From positions 1-58,653 of the forward strand of contig JANOTG010000038.1 of NCBI GenBank assembly GCA_031416215.1: a stretch of DNA of 58,653 nucleotides, read 5' to 3'. Shown here one piece after another: positions 32,641 through 43,265 of the stretch. Each line of letters opens with the position of its first letter. The stretch's first letter is position 1. The notes beneath the pieces are model-generated. The model did no database searches and was not told the DNA's origin. It was given only the letters and a program-made list of their open reading frames with translations. This stretch comes from Betaproteobacteria bacterium. Its GTDB lineage: Bacteria; Pseudomonadota; Gammaproteobacteria; Burkholderiales; Burkholderiaceae_C. The translations under genes and the position numbers were made by a program.

Positions 32641-33916
32641 CCCGACAGGCCATTTCGGAATCTATGGCGGCAGTTTCGTCAGCGAGACTCTGACCCATGC
32701 AATTTCCGAACTGCAACAAGCCTATGCCAGATACCAGCATGACCCCGCATTCGTTTCCGAGTTTCAGTACGAACTGGCCCATTTCGTAGGCCGCCCGTCA
32801 CCGGTCTACCATGCCGCGCGCATGAGCCGCGAACAGGGCGGTGCGCAGATCTTTCTCAAGCGCGAAGACCTCAACCATACCGGCGCCCACAAGGTCAACA
32901 ACACCATCGGGCAGGCGATGCTGGCCCGGCGCATGGGCAAACCGCGCATCATCGCGGAGACTGGCGCCGGTCAACACGGCGTGGCAACCGCAACGATCTG
33001 TGCCCGCTACGGCCTGGAGTGTATTGTCTACATGGGCAGCGAGGACGTAAAACGCCAAAGCCCGAATGTCTACCGCATGAAGCTGCTTGGTGCAACCGTG
33101 GTGCCGGTGGAGAGCGGCAGCAAGACACTCAAGGATGCCCTCAACGAGGCGATGCGGGACTGGGTGGCCAATGTCGACAACACGTTTTACATCATCGGCA
33201 CTGTGGCTGGCCCACACCCCTACCCCATGATGGTGCGCGACTTTCAAAGCGTCATTGGACAGGAATGCCTGGTACAAATGCCGGACCTGCTCAAAGCACA
33301 GGGATGCCAAGGTCCGCAGCCCGATGTGGTGTTGGCCTGTGTCGGCGGTGGCAGCAATGCCATGGGTATTTTCTACCCGTACATCGGTCAGTCCAATACG
33401 CGTCTGGTTGGAGTCGAGGCAGCCGGTGAGGGGCTCGACAGCGGCAAACACGCGGCCTCGTTGCAGCGCGGCAGCCCGGGTGTCTTGCATGGCAATCGCA
33501 CCTATATCCTGCAGGACAACAACGGGCAGGTGACGGAGACACACAGCATCAGCGCCGGGCTGGACTATCCCGGTGTGGGGCCGGAACATGCCCTGCTCAA
33601 AGATTCAGGACGTGCTGAATACGTGGGTGTAACGGACGCCGAGGCGCTCGAGGCATTTCATTACCTGTGCCGCACCGAAGGCATCATTCCCGCACTGGAG
33701 TCCAGTCATGCCGTTGCTTACGCCATGCAGCTCGCAAAGACCATGCGCCCAGACCAGTCCATCCTCGTCAACCTGTCTGGGCGGGGCGACAAGGACATCG
33801 GTACCGTCGCTGACTTGAGCAACGCCGATTTCTATTGCCGCCCTAGCTGCCGCGGTCAGTCGATCAAGGGTGGCGTAGCAGTTGCGGTGGCAGCAGCGGT
33901 CGGGGTGGGGCCATGA
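32618..33916 (+). CDS. trpB: Tryptophan synthase beta chain
   Basis: [12 protein letters not shown] (PLP Lys), [14 protein letters not shown] and NLSGRGDKD. Confidence 0.98.
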   Translation: MHPYQQPDPTGHFGIYGGSFVSETLTHAISELQQAYARYQHDPAFVSEFQYELAHFVGRPSPVYHAARMSREQGGAQIFLKREDLNHTGAHKVNNTIGQAMLARRMGKPRIIAETGAGQHGVATATICARYGLECIVYMGSEDVKRQSPNVYRMKLLGATVVPVESGSKTLKDALNEAMRDWVANVDNTFYIIGTVAGPHPYPMMVRDFQSVIGQECLVQMPDLLKAQGCQGPQPDVVLACVGGGSNAMGIFYPYIGQSNTRLVGVEAAGEGLDSGKHAASLQRGSPGVLHGNRTYILQDNNGQVTETHSISAGLDYPGVGPEHALLKDSGRAEYVGVTDAEALEAFHYLCRTEGIIPALESSHAVAYAMQLAKTMRPDQSILVNLSGRGDKDIGTVADLSNADFYCRPSCRGQSIKGGVAVAVAAAVGVGP

Positions 33917-34770
33917 GCCGCATCCCGGCCACCCTGGCGGCGCTCAAGACACGCCATCGCACGGCCCTCATACCCTACGTCACCGCAGGCTATCCCTACC
34001 CCGACGTGACGCCGGAGCTGATGCACGCGATGGTCCTTGCAGGAGCGGACATCATCGAACTGGGTGTGCCGTTTTCCGACCCCAGCGCCGACGGGGCGGT
34101 GATTCAAAAGGCTGGTGACCGCGCCTTGGCGGCCGGCATCGGCCTGACCCAGGTGCTCGACATGGTCAGGGTATTTCGAGCCCTGGACCAGCAGACGCCG
34201 GTGGTGTTGATGGGTTACGCCAATCCGATCGAGCGCTTTGACCAACGCCACCCTGACGGTGCCAGCGGCAGCGCTTTTGTACGTGCCGCGTCAACCGCAG
34301 GTGTGGACGGACTGCTGGTCGTCGATTACCCACCCGAGGAATGTGTGGCGCTGGCCGATGAGCTGCGCCGGCACCAGATGGACCTGATCTTCCTGCTGGC
34401 ACCCACCAGCACCGACAGGCGCATGCAACAGGTGGCGCAAGTTGCATCCGGGTATGTGTACTACGTGTCGCTAAAGGGCGTTACCGGCGCTGGAACCCTC
34501 GATATCGCAGCGGTCGAATCGATGTTGCCGCGCATCCGCAGGTACGTACACATCCCGGTCGGGGTCGGATTCGGCATCCGCGACGCCGCTTCGGCCTGTG
34601 CCATCGCGAAGGTGGCAGACGCGGTGGTCATCGGAAGCCGCATAATCCAGCTGATAGACAATCATCCACGTGAGCGGGTCGCCGCTGTTGCGTCAGATTT
34701 TCTGCGCAGTATCCGCATAGCGCTTGACTCGCAATCCGCGGCGTCGGCCGCGCAGAACCAGGGAGCATGA
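33913..34770 (+). CDS. trpA: Tryptophan synthase alpha chain
   Basis: [24 protein letters not shown] and VGFGI. Confidence 0.98.
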   Translation: MSRIPATLAALKTRHRTALIPYVTAGYPYPDVTPELMHAMVLAGADIIELGVPFSDPSADGAVIQKAGDRALAAGIGLTQVLDMVRVFRALDQQTPVVLMGYANPIERFDQRHPDGASGSAFVRAASTAGVDGLLVVDYPPEECVALADELRRHQMDLIFLLAPTSTDRRMQQVAQVASGYVYYVSLKGVTGAGTLDIAAVESMLPRIRRYVHIPVGVGFGIRDAASACAIAKVADAVVIGSRIIQLIDNHPRERVAAVASDFLRSIRIALDSQSAASAAQNQGA

Positions 34771-34771
34771 C

Positions 34772-35644
34772 ATGAGTTGGCTCGAAAAGCTGCTGCCACC
34801 CAAGATCCAGCATACCGACCCGGCCGATCGGCGGTCCGTGCCAGAGGGTTTGTGGATCAAATGCCCGAGTTGCGAAGCGGTACTCTACAAGTCGGACCTG
34901 GAGCAGAACCAGAACGTGTGCCCCAGCTGTTCTCACCACCATCGCATTGGCGCCCGGGCGCGGCTTGATGCCTTCCTGGACAATGAGGGCCGGTTCGAGA
35001 TCGGGCAGGAAGTACTGCCGATCGACGTGCTCAAGTTCAAGGACAGCAGGAAGTACCCGGAACGCCTCAAGGAAGCACTGGAAAACACCGGCGAGACTGA
35101 CGCCCTGGTCGTGATGGGCGGCGCCGTGCACAGCCTGAGCGTGGTCGTCGCATGTTTTGAGTTCGACTTCATGGGCGGCAGCATGGGCTCGGTGGTTGGT
35201 GAGCGATTTGTGCGCGGCGTGGAAACCGCCGTCGAACAGAAAGTGCCATTCATCTGCTTCACCGCGACTGGCGGCGCACGCATGCAGGAAGGCCTGCTGA
35301 GCCTGATGCAGATGGCCAAAACCAACGCGGCATTGACGCGACTGGCGAAAAGGGGATTGCCATTCATCAGTATCCTGACCGACCCGACGACGGGTGGTGT
35401 CAGCGCCAGTTTTGCCTTCATGGGGGACGTGGTGATCGCCGAGCCCAAAGCGCTGATATGTTTTGCCGGACCACGGGTCATTGAATCAACCCTGCGCGTC
35501 ACCCTGCCCGAGGGTTTCCAGCGCGCCGAGTTCCTGCAGGACAAAGGTGCTATCGACTTTGTCTGCGACCGGCGCGAATTGCGCAACAAGGTGGCCAGTG
35601 TGCTGGCAATGCTGCAACGCCAGAGCGCCGACGCAATCGTTTGA
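34772..35644 (+). CDS. accD: Acetyl-CoA carboxylase carboxyltransferase beta subunit
   Basis: GLWIKCPSC...CPSC Zn finger, FMGGSMG, GGARMQE and PTTGGVSAS. Confidence 0.97.
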   Translation: MSWLEKLLPPKIQHTDPADRRSVPEGLWIKCPSCEAVLYKSDLEQNQNVCPSCSHHHRIGARARLDAFLDNEGRFEIGQEVLPIDVLKFKDSRKYPERLKEALENTGETDALVVMGGAVHSLSVVVACFEFDFMGGSMGSVVGERFVRGVETAVEQKVPFICFTATGGARMQEGLLSLMQMAKTNAALTRLAKRGLPFISILTDPTTGGVSASFAFMGDVVIAEPKALICFAGPRVIESTLRVTLPEGFQRAEFLQDKGAIDFVCDRRELRNKVASVLAMLQRQSADAIV

Positions 35645-35669
35645 CCCCACGCGCCCGGCGCGCGATGCC

Positions 35670-36230
35670 TCAGCGCGGCCCGGCGCCGGCAACCGAATCA
35701 AGCACGATGCCGGCTATCTGCAGCAAGATCAGCAACACCAAGGGTGAAAGGTCCACGCCACCGAGCAGCGGAACAACGCGCCGGATCGGCCGCAACCAGG
35801 GGCTGACCACCCGGTCTATCAGTGCCACCAAGGGTGAATTGGATTGCACCCACGATAACAACACGTAGACAATCAGAAGGCCGGTCGCGCCCGACAACAC
35901 CAGGCGCACCAAGCCGAACACGGCCTGCCACAACACCTGCAGTCCGCCGCCCTGCGCGCCCTGCAGCAGCCACAGGACACTGTACAGCGCCAATTCGACC
36001 AGCAATGCAGCCGCCAGACTTGCGATGTCCCATCGGCCGATCGGCCGCAAGACCCGGCGCAATGGCAATACCAGCCAATTGGTGCAGGCAAAAATGAAGG
36101 GGCCCAAGGGATTCCCAGCCCGCGCCGCCATGGATATCGACTGGCTTTGCAGGTACAGGCGCAGCAGGCACATACCGGCCACCAGTCCGGCAGCAACATG
36201 GAGCAACAGGGCGGCAATTTGGTAGAGCAT
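35670..36230 (-). CDS. yggT: YggT family membrane protein
   Basis: Two YGGT repeats (NPLGPFI...PLRRVL; PIRRVVPLLGGVDLSP). Start trimmed to MLYQIA. Confidence 0.9.
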   Translation of the reverse strand: MLYQIAALLLHVAAGLVAGMCLLRLYLQSQSISMAARAGNPLGPFIFACTNWLVLPLRRVLRPIGRWDIASLAAALLVELALYSVLWLLQGAQGGGLQVLWQAVFGLVRLVLSGATGLLIVYVLLSWVQSNSPLVALIDRVVSPWLRPIRRVVPLLGGVDLSPLVLLILLQIAGIVLDSVAGAGPR

Positions 36231-36316
36231 GTATGGTTCGGCAGCAGGAGCTGTCGCGATAATACCGTCTGGCCAGCGCCGTCCGAGCGCCAGGGCTCTT
36301 ACCCAACCACCCAACC

Positions 36317-37855
36317 ATGTCCCACCCACCCCAGCCACCGCTGCTCCCAGATGAAAACCAGTTGCTTGCCGAACGTCGCGACAAGCTGCGCGCAATACGC
36401 CAGCGTCAGACTGATGGTGGGCCGGTGGCATTCCCCAACGACTTCAAACCCACACACGCCGCCGCCAACCTGCTGCATGACCACCATCTGACATCCGCCG
36501 ATGACCTGGCAGTGCAACACTGTCACGTGCAGCTCGCCGGCCGGATGATGCTCAAACGGGTCATGGGCAAGGCGAGTTTCGCCACCCTGCAAGACAGCAG
36601 CGGTCGCATGCAGATCTATGTCAAAGGCGAGGATGTCGGCGTTGATGTCTATGAAGACTTCAAACACTGGGACCTCGGCGACATCGTCGGTGTGCAGGGC
36701 CACATGTTCCGCACCCGAACCGGTGAACTATCGATCCATGCCACGCAGGTCCGCCTGCTCGTCAAGAGCCTGCGCCCGATGCCGGACAAATTCCATGGCA
36801 TGCAGGACCAAGAGGTCAAGTACCGTCAGCGGTACATCGACCTGATGACCGACGAGCTCGCCCGCAAGCGATTTGTGGCGCGCAGCAAGGCGGTGAGCGG
36901 CATCCGGGACTTCATGGTCGGGCACGGTTTCCTGGAGGTCGAAACCCCGATGCTGCACCCGATACCGGGCGGCGCCAACGCCAAGCCGTTCACGACGCAC
37001 CACAACGCGCTGGACCAGCAGATGTACCTGCGCATCGCGCCGGAACTCTATCTGAAGCGGCTGGTGGTCGGCGGGTTTGACCGCGTCTTCGAGATCAACC
37101 GCAATTTTCGCAATGAGGGCATCTCGGTGCGCCACAACCCCGAATTCACCATGATGGAGTTCTATGCGGCTTACTGGAACTACCAGGACGTGATGGTCTT
37201 CACGGAACAACTGGTGCGCGATGCCGCCATGAAGGCGGTGGGTTCGCTGAGTTTGACCTATGCTGGCCGTGCCGTGGATCTGGCGGCCGACTTCGAACGT
37301 CTGACGATCGTGGAGGCGATCTGCAAATACAGCGATGCCGCGGCACATGTGCAGGACGCCCTGTGGTTGGCCAATGCCTTGCGCAAAGTCGGCAAAAATG
37401 ACGAAAAGGACAAGCTGTCCACACGCAGCCTGGCGGCATTGCAGGTGATGTATTTCGAAGAGACGGTGGAGGAAAAACTGTGGCAACCCACCTTCATTTG
37501 TGAGCATCCGGTGGAGATATCGCCACTAGCGCGCGCCAATGACAAGAACCCGGCAGTTACAGAGCGCTTTGAGCTCTACATCACCGGCCGGGAATTCGGC
37601 AACGGGTTCAGCGAGCTCAACGACGCCCAGGACCAGGCGGCGCGCTTTCACGCGCAGGTTGCATCCAAGGACAGCGGCGATGACGAGGCCATGTTCTTCG
37701 ATCACGACTTTGTTCGGGCCTTGGAATATGGCATGCCGCCGACCGGTGGCTGTGGCGTGGGCATCGACCGCCTGATGATGCTGCTGACAGACAGCCCCAG
37801 CATCCGCGACGTCATCCTGTTTCCGGCTTTGCGCCGCGAACCGGCACACGCCTGA
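36317..37855 (+). CDS. lysS: Lysine--tRNA ligase (class II)
   Basis: [31 protein letters not shown] and [16 protein letters not shown]. Confidence 0.98.
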   Translation: MSHPPQPPLLPDENQLLAERRDKLRAIRQRQTDGGPVAFPNDFKPTHAAANLLHDHHLTSADDLAVQHCHVQLAGRMMLKRVMGKASFATLQDSSGRMQIYVKGEDVGVDVYEDFKHWDLGDIVGVQGHMFRTRTGELSIHATQVRLLVKSLRPMPDKFHGMQDQEVKYRQRYIDLMTDELARKRFVARSKAVSGIRDFMVGHGFLEVETPMLHPIPGGANAKPFTTHHNALDQQMYLRIAPELYLKRLVVGGFDRVFEINRNFRNEGISVRHNPEFTMMEFYAAYWNYQDVMVFTEQLVRDAAMKAVGSLSLTYAGRAVDLAADFERLTIVEAICKYSDAAAHVQDALWLANALRKVGKNDEKDKLSTRSLAALQVMYFEETVEEKLWQPTFICEHPVEISPLARANDKNPAVTERFELYITGREFGNGFSELNDAQDQAARFHAQVASKDSGDDEAMFFDHDFVRALEYGMPPTGGCGVGIDRLMMLLTDSPSIRDVILFPALRREPAHA

Positions 37856-37875
37856 AGGATCGCCGGGCTTGCCGA

Positions 37876-38958
37876 TCAGGGAACCAGGTCCAAAGCGGCC
37901 ATGTAGGGCGCGTGGACCATCAACGCGTCCCACTCCAACGCTGGCGCAATCGGCAACAGTGCCTGGCGACGCTGCTCACTCGCCGCACGCACGGCCCATC
38001 GTCCATCGGCACGGGCCTGCGCCAGAGCAGTCAACAAAGTGTCGATTTCTGCGCCGTCTCCCGCACTCTGATTACACAGCAGCACCATGTCGCAACCGGC
38101 ATGCAGGGCGAGCAAGGCCGCCTCGGCGTAGCTGACCGGTTGTCCGTCGATGACCCGGGCACCCTGCATGCTGAGGTCGTCGCTGAACACCGCGCCACGA
38201 AAGCCCAATCGCCCGCGCAGAATTCCGTCAAGCCACTTTTCCGAGAATCCGGCCGGTCGACTGTCGACCTTCGGGTAAATCACGTGCGCCGGCATGACAC
38301 TCGCCAACGCACCGCCCAGCCAGCCGTATGGCGCGGCGTCCCGAGCCAGAAGTGCTTTCAGGCTGCGCCGGTCGACTGGCACTGCGGTGTGTGAATCCGC
38401 GCGCACATACCCGTGGCCAGGGAAGTGTTTGCCGCAATTGGCCATGCCACTGAGCAACAGGCCGTGCATGAGACTTTTTGCCAACAAGGTTGCTACCGCC
38501 GGGTCGTCCGAGAATGCCCGGTCTCCGATCACGCCGCTGGCGCCGTAGTCCAGGTCAAGTACCGGTGCAAAACTCAAGTCCACGCCACACGCGCGCAACT
38601 CCGCACCCAATACATAACCGCAGGCAGTGGCCGCTTGTGTCGCCTGCAGCGCACGGGTCGACGGATCATGCGATTGGCCGTGCATCCACAGCGACCCCAG
38701 GACACGCATTGGTGGCAGATGCGTGAATCCGTCGGTCTTGAAGCGCTGCACGCGGCCGCCCTCATGGTCGACCATGATCAGCAGGTCACTGCGCACCGCC
38801 TTGATCGCCGCGCACAGCGACATCAGTTGCGGCCGATCAACCCAGTTGCGGCCAAAAAGCACCACGCCAGCCACCAAAGGGTTGGCCAGGCGTCTGCGGT
38901 CCATCGCCGTCAACGCCAGACCGTCAATATCGATCACCACGGCAGAAGCAGAATTCAT
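37876..38958 (-). CDS. nagZ: Beta-N-acetylhexosaminidase (GH3)
   Basis: VDHEGGRVQRF, KHFPGHG..ADSH and FSDDLSM. Confidence 0.96.
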   Translation of the reverse strand: MNSASAVVIDIDGLALTAMDRRRLANPLVAGVVLFGRNWVDRPQLMSLCAAIKAVRSDLLIMVDHEGGRVQRFKTDGFTHLPPMRVLGSLWMHGQSHDPSTRALQATQAATACGYVLGAELRACGVDLSFAPVLDLDYGASGVIGDRAFSDDPAVATLLAKSLMHGLLLSGMANCGKHFPGHGYVRADSHTAVPVDRRSLKALLARDAAPYGWLGGALASVMPAHVIYPKVDSRPAGFSEKWLDGILRGRLGFRGAVFSDDLSMQGARVIDGQPVSYAEAALLALHAGCDMVLLCNQSAGDGAEIDTLLTALAQARADGRWAVRAASEQRRQALLPIAPALEWDALMVHAPYMAALDLVP

Positions 38959-39022
38959 GACAGGATGCTTTTCTCAAATTGGTGCGTGAAACGGCCAGAA
39001 CCCGGGGTCGGATGCTTTCGCC

Positions 39023-39433
39023 TCAATCCGCGGTCTCGACCACACAAAAACTGGCCGCATATTCGGACTCGTCCGTCACACTCACATGGGCTCGCAGCGA
39101 CCGCGCCTCGAACCACTGCTTGAGAGGGCCATGAAGAACCACGCATGGTTTGCCAGCATTGGCATGATCGGCAGGCATTTTGGCAATTTCACACAACCGC
39201 CATGTCATCGGCATGCGCATGCCCAGTCCGATCGCCTTGCTGAAGGCCTCCTTGGCGCTGAACCGGGTAGCCAGAAACCTGACGCCGCGTTCTGGCCAGC
39301 GCTGGCTGCGCGACGCCCAGACGAGCATCTCGCCGTCTGACAATATCTTCAAGGCAAATCGTTCGCCATGGCGCTCCAGGCTGACCCGGATGCGGCGGAT
39401 ATCGCAGATATCGGTGCCAATGCCGTAGATCAC
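39023..39433 (-). CDS. acpS: Holo-[acyl-carrier-protein] synthase
   Basis: [23 protein letters not shown] and GKP. GTG start. Confidence 0.96.
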   Translation of the reverse strand: MIYGIGTDICDIRRIRVSLERHGERFALKILSDGEMLVWASRSQRWPERGVRFLATRFSAKEAFSKAIGLGMRMPMTWRLCEIAKMPADHANAGKPCVVLHGPLKQWFEARSLRAHVSVTDESEYAASFCVVETAD

Positions 39434-39537
39434 GCCACACCCGAGCGTTCAACTGCTTTTTCCTGCCGGCGCGGCATGGGAAACACACACGCCCGGATTG
39501 CGGTTGTGAGGTGCATAGACCAGGCCGCATGCCTCAT
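39430..39537 (-). other. 35-codon ORF in the usual pdxJ position, overlapping both the recO stop and the acpS start
   Basis: [35 protein letters not shown]; ATGA overlap with recO and GTGA overlap with acpS. No recognisable homology. Confidence 0.4.
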
Positions 39538-40301
39538 AGCGATTGCAGATCCAGCATCATTTGCCGCGTGCGAAGAGTCTTCACGCCACAATGGTAATGG
39601 AGTACGGAACGCAGCTGCGGCTTCAGCATCGCGACATGCGGCGCGCAGGCACGCAAGAAGTCAGAAAAATTGCCACCATCTGTCATGGAAGACTGCAGTT
39701 CAAGCCACTCGCTGCCAGCCAGGCTGCCACGCTCCTGCTCACCGGTTTGCCGCAGTCCGCCTTCTGCGTCCAGGCTGTAGCGACCGGCGCGGTCCAGCCC
39801 GGCCAGCGTCATGGTCTGTGTATCCAGCATGGGCAGCAGGCCGATCTCGCGCAGCAACAACAGTTCAAATGCCCGCAGCGCAGTCTGCAATGCTTCACCG
39901 TGCCCGGAACAAACAACCTCGACCACTTGGCCGTACACATCGAACAGTCCTGGATGGGGATCGTCACGGGCCAGCAGCGTAAGCAGCAGCTCGTTCAGAT
40001 AATAACCAGACAACAAAGCCTCGCCGCCTGGCATGACATGACCGCCCATCCACTCCGCCGAGCGCAGTGTACGGATCTCGGCATCACCGCCAAATGCCAG
40101 GTGCAGGGGTTGCAGTGGCAGCAGAATAGGGCGCAGAGCCGAGCTCGGCCGCTTCGCGCCCTTGGCGACCAGGACTACCCGACCATGGTTGCGCGTGAAG
40201 ACATCCAGAATCAGGCTTGACTCGCTCCAGTCATGGCGATGCAAAACATAGGCCGGCTCATCCGAAATGCGTTTGCTGGCCACGGTTGGTGTCCGGCTCA
40301 C
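39534..40301 (-). CDS. recO: DNA repair protein RecO
   Basis: [30 protein letters not shown] and LRAFELLLL; follows era. Confidence 0.95.
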   Translation of the reverse strand: MSRTPTVASKRISDEPAYVLHRHDWSESSLILDVFTRNHGRVVLVAKGAKRPSSALRPILLPLQPLHLAFGGDAEIRTLRSAEWMGGHVMPGGEALLSGYYLNELLLTLLARDDPHPGLFDVYGQVVEVVCSGHGEALQTALRAFELLLLREIGLLPMLDTQTMTLAGLDRAGRYSLDAEGGLRQTGEQERGSLAGSEWLELQSSMTDGGNFSDFLRACAPHVAMLKPQLRSVLHYHCGVKTLRTRQMMLDLQSL

Positions 40302-41233
40302 TCGTAGCCGAAACTGCGCACGCGTGCCTCGTCATCCGCCCAGCCGGAGCGCACTTTGACCCAGAGCTCGATAAACACCTTGGCATCCAGCAGCGACTCG
40401 AGCTCAACCCGCGTTTCAGTGCCGATACGCTTGATACGCTCACCCTTGTCACCAATCACCATCGCCTTGTGCCCATCGCGCTCGACCACGATCGTGGCCG
40501 CGATCCGGACCAGGCGCTTCTGCCCCTTGCGTCCAGGCTCTTCTACAAAGCTGTCTACCGTCACGGTCGAGGTATAAGTCAGTTCGTCACCGGTGAGGCG
40601 AAACAGCTTTTCGCGCACCATCTCGGAGGCAAGAAATTTCTCGCTGCGATCGGTCAACTCGTCGACTGGATAGGTCCAGGGCTGTTCCGGCAGGAACGGC
40701 TCGCACACGGCAAAGAGACGTTGCACGTCTTTGGCGTTGTTCGCCGACATCGGAAAGAACTGCACGAAAGGGTGCCTGGTTTGCATCTCCAGCAGCCAGG
40801 GCGCGAGCGCAGCGCGCGATGCCACTTGATCAAGCTTGTTCGCCACCAGCACGGTCGGCACGCCTTTGCCGAGTAATGCCAGCACCTTGGCATCCGCCTG
40901 ATTGAATTTACCGGCCTCGACCACAAAGAGCACCAGATCAACGTCCTTGACCGCACCCAGGACCGACTTGTTGAGCGAACGGTTCAGGGCGTTGTCGTGC
41001 CGGGTCTGAAAACCCGGCGTGTCGACAAATATGAACTGGTTTGCCGCTATCGTGCGCATGCCCACAATCCGGTGGCGTGTTGTTTGCGCTTTGCGGGATG
41101 TGATGCTGATCTTCTGGCCGACAAGGGCGTTGAGCAGGGTCGACTTTCCGACGTTCGGCTTGCCAACGATGGTGATAACCCCGCAGCGCTGCGCAGCATC
41201 CGGTCCAGCGGCGGGCGACAAATCCTGATTCAT
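40298..41233 (-). CDS. era: GTPase Era
   Basis: [20 protein letters not shown] and a KH domain ([10 protein letters not shown]). Start trimmed to MNQDL. Confidence 0.97.
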   Translation of the reverse strand: MNQDLSPAAGPDAAQRCGVITIVGKPNVGKSTLLNALVGQKISITSRKAQTTRHRIVGMRTIAANQFIFVDTPGFQTRHDNALNRSLNKSVLGAVKDVDLVLFVVEAGKFNQADAKVLALLGKGVPTVLVANKLDQVASRAALAPWLLEMQTRHPFVQFFPMSANNAKDVQRLFAVCEPFLPEQPWTYPVDELTDRSEKFLASEMVREKLFRLTGDELTYTSTVTVDSFVEEPGRKGQKRLVRIAATIVVERDGHKAMVIGDKGERIKRIGTETRVELESLLDAKVFIELWVKVRSGWADDEARVRSFGYE

Positions 41234-41916
41234 TTCTCCGCCGCTTTCGCCAGAACCAACAGCATCGCTGACGCCGCCGCCTGCTCCGCCGCGCGCCGTG
41301 ATCCACCAATGCCGCGTTCGCACAGGTTGAGTTCGACCACCTCGCATTCGACATCGAAGGATTGCTGGTGCGCGGCGCCGATCGTGCCCACCACCCGGTA
41401 CAGGGGCAGCTTCATGCGACGCCCCTGCAACCACTCCTGCAACTCGGTCTTCGGGTCTTTCCCGATCGCTGCCATGTCAGGGCTGATCTCGATATCCTGA
41501 AACAGCCTCTGCACCAACGACTGCACCAAAGCAAAGCCGCCATCCAGATAAACCGCCCCAATGATGGCCTCCAGCGTGTCGGCCAGGATCGATGGACGCT
41601 TTTTTCCGCCCGATCGGACCTCACCGTCCCCAAGCCGCACCACCAGGGGCAGGCCAAGGGCCACCGCGAGCTGGTGCAGGGTTTCCTGTTTGACCAGATT
41701 GGCGCGCACCCGGGACAAATCGCCCTCTGGCAATTGCCCCAGGCGTTGATACAGCAGATCCGCGACGGCCAGATTGAGCACCGCGTCGCCCAGGAACTCG
41801 AGTCGCTCATTGTGGTCAGGGCCAAAGCTGCGATGGGTCAGCGCCCGAGTCAGCAACTTGGCATCGGAAAACACATGCTGCAAGCGTTTTTGCAGCGCCG
41901 GCAAGCCCTCGTCCAC
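41230..41916 (-). CDS. rnc: Ribonuclease III
   Basis: ALTHRS, NERLEFLGD, and a dsRBD (DPKTELQEWLQ...AAEQAAA). Confidence 0.98.
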   Translation of the reverse strand: MDEGLPALQKRLQHVFSDAKLLTRALTHRSFGPDHNERLEFLGDAVLNLAVADLLYQRLGQLPEGDLSRVRANLVKQETLHQLAVALGLPLVVRLGDGEVRSGGKKRPSILADTLEAIIGAVYLDGGFALVQSLVQRLFQDIEISPDMAAIGKDPKTELQEWLQGRRMKLPLYRVVGTIGAAHQQSFDVECEVVELNLCERGIGGSRRAAEQAAASAMLLVLAKAAEK

Positions 41917-41917
41917 G

Positions 41918-42259
41918 TTACCTGGAACGTCCGGCGTACTTGAGCGTCAAATACGCGGGGCCGGCAAGATGGATTTCCCGCTCATAGGCGAACGACACAA
42001 CCACCTTGTCACCCTCCTTGGTGACCTCCAGGTCCTTGCCCTTGATGGACTTCACATTGTCAATGTCTGCCGCCTTGTCGAAGATCGTGCGAACCTCCGG
42101 CACCGAACTCCCTGCACTGGCCTTCTGTACCGCCTTGCCCACGGCCTGGAATTCCAGAAAGGTCGGGAATACTTCCGCGGCAATCACACCACTCACGGCC
42201 AGAACACCGCCGACAAATATCAGTCCGAGAAACGAAATTCCACGCTGCCTGGATTTCAT
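41918..42259 (-). CDS. DUF4845-family membrane-anchored protein
   Basis: Pilin-like N-terminus RQRGISF followed by a TM helix, GGGAGG RBS, and the conserved slot between lepB and rnc. Confidence 0.8.
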   Translation of the reverse strand: MKSRQRGISFLGLIFVGGVLAVSGVIAAEVFPTFLEFQAVGKAVQKASAGSSVPEVRTIFDKAADIDNVKSIKGKDLEVTKEGDKVVVSFAYEREIHLAGPAYLTLKYAGRSR

Positions 42260-42299
42260 GGATGCCTCCCTGTATGTCATGTCGGCCTGAATGCCTACG

Positions 42300-43265
42300 C
42301 TAGTTGAAAAAACCGATACGCTTGAGGTTGCCAAAATTCATCCACACCAGTATCGCCCGACCGACGATGTTTCCCTCTGGAACAAAGCCCCAGAAACGCG
42401 AATCCTGGGAATTGTCGCGGTTGTCGCCCATCATGAAATACTGGCCCGCCGGCACCTTGCAAACCACGCCCTCCACACTGTAGCGGCAATTTTCGCGGTA
42501 CGGGAAGTCATCGGCATAGGTCATGAACGACGGCGGAGCAGCTCCCGTCAGAATCTTGTGTGGCTTGGCACCGAGAGTCTCTTCAAACTGATGTACATAG
42601 CGCATCGATTCTTCGTCGAAAAAATCGGGAATCTGCTTGCTGTCGACCGGCTGCCCATTCACGCGCAAGCGCTTGTTCAGGTAGGAGACCTCGTCGCCTG
42701 GTACACCCACCACCCTTTTGATGTAATCCAGGCTCGGCTTTGGCGGGTAACGGAAAACCATGACATCACCACGCTGTGGTGCTGTGCCCTCGGTAATGCG
42801 GGTGTGGATTACTGGCAAGCGCAGACCATAGTGGTATTTGTTCACCAGGATCAGGTCCCCCACGAGCAGCGTCGGGACCATGGACGCCGACGGAATCTTG
42901 AACGGCTCAAACAGGAACGACCGCAACAGGAACACGGCAAGGATCACCGGGAACAAGCCCGCGGTCCAGTCCAGCCACCAGGGTTGCATCAGCAACTGGG
43001 CCTTGGCCTGTGACACGTCGTTGTCGACTTGCCGCACACCCATGTCGTTGAGTTCGGTGCGCCGGCGCGCCGCTGCTTCTTCCAGCGCGTTCGCGGCACG
43101 CTGGCGCGCCGGCAAGAAATAAAACCGTTCGCCCAACCAGTAGATGCCGGTAACCGTCGTCGCCATGAACAGCAGGAGGGCAAAGTTTCCGTCGATCCAG
43201 CCCCGATACCATCCACCGGCATAACCGGCAAAGGCGGCCAATACCAACGCTGTCAACGCCTGCAT
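42300..43265 (-). CDS. lepB: Signal peptidase I
   Basis: EPFKIPSASMVPTL, YIKRVVGVPGD and GDNRDNSQDSRFWG. Confidence 0.97.
   Translation of the reverse strand: MQALTALVLAAFAGYAGGWYRGWIDGNFALLLFMATTVTGIYWLGERFYFLPARQRAANALEEAAARRRTELNDMGVRQVDNDVSQAKAQLLMQPWWLDWTAGLFPVILAVFLLRSFLFEPFKIPSASMVPTLLVGDLILVNKYHYGLRLPVIHTRITEGTAPQRGDVMVFRYPPKPSLDYIKRVVGVPGDEVSYLNKRLRVNGQPVDSKQIPDFFDEESMRYVHQFEETLGAKPHKILTGAAPPSFMTYADDFPYRENCRYSVEGVVCKVPAGQYFMMGDNRDNSQDSRFWGFVPEGNIVGRAILVWMNFGNLKRIGFFN

Noticed and set aside
37855-37876. Convergent lysS/nagZ junction as an insertion or rearrangement scar
   Set aside because: The 20-bp gap has no repeats or att-like sequence. A rearrangement cannot be supported without comparative genomes.
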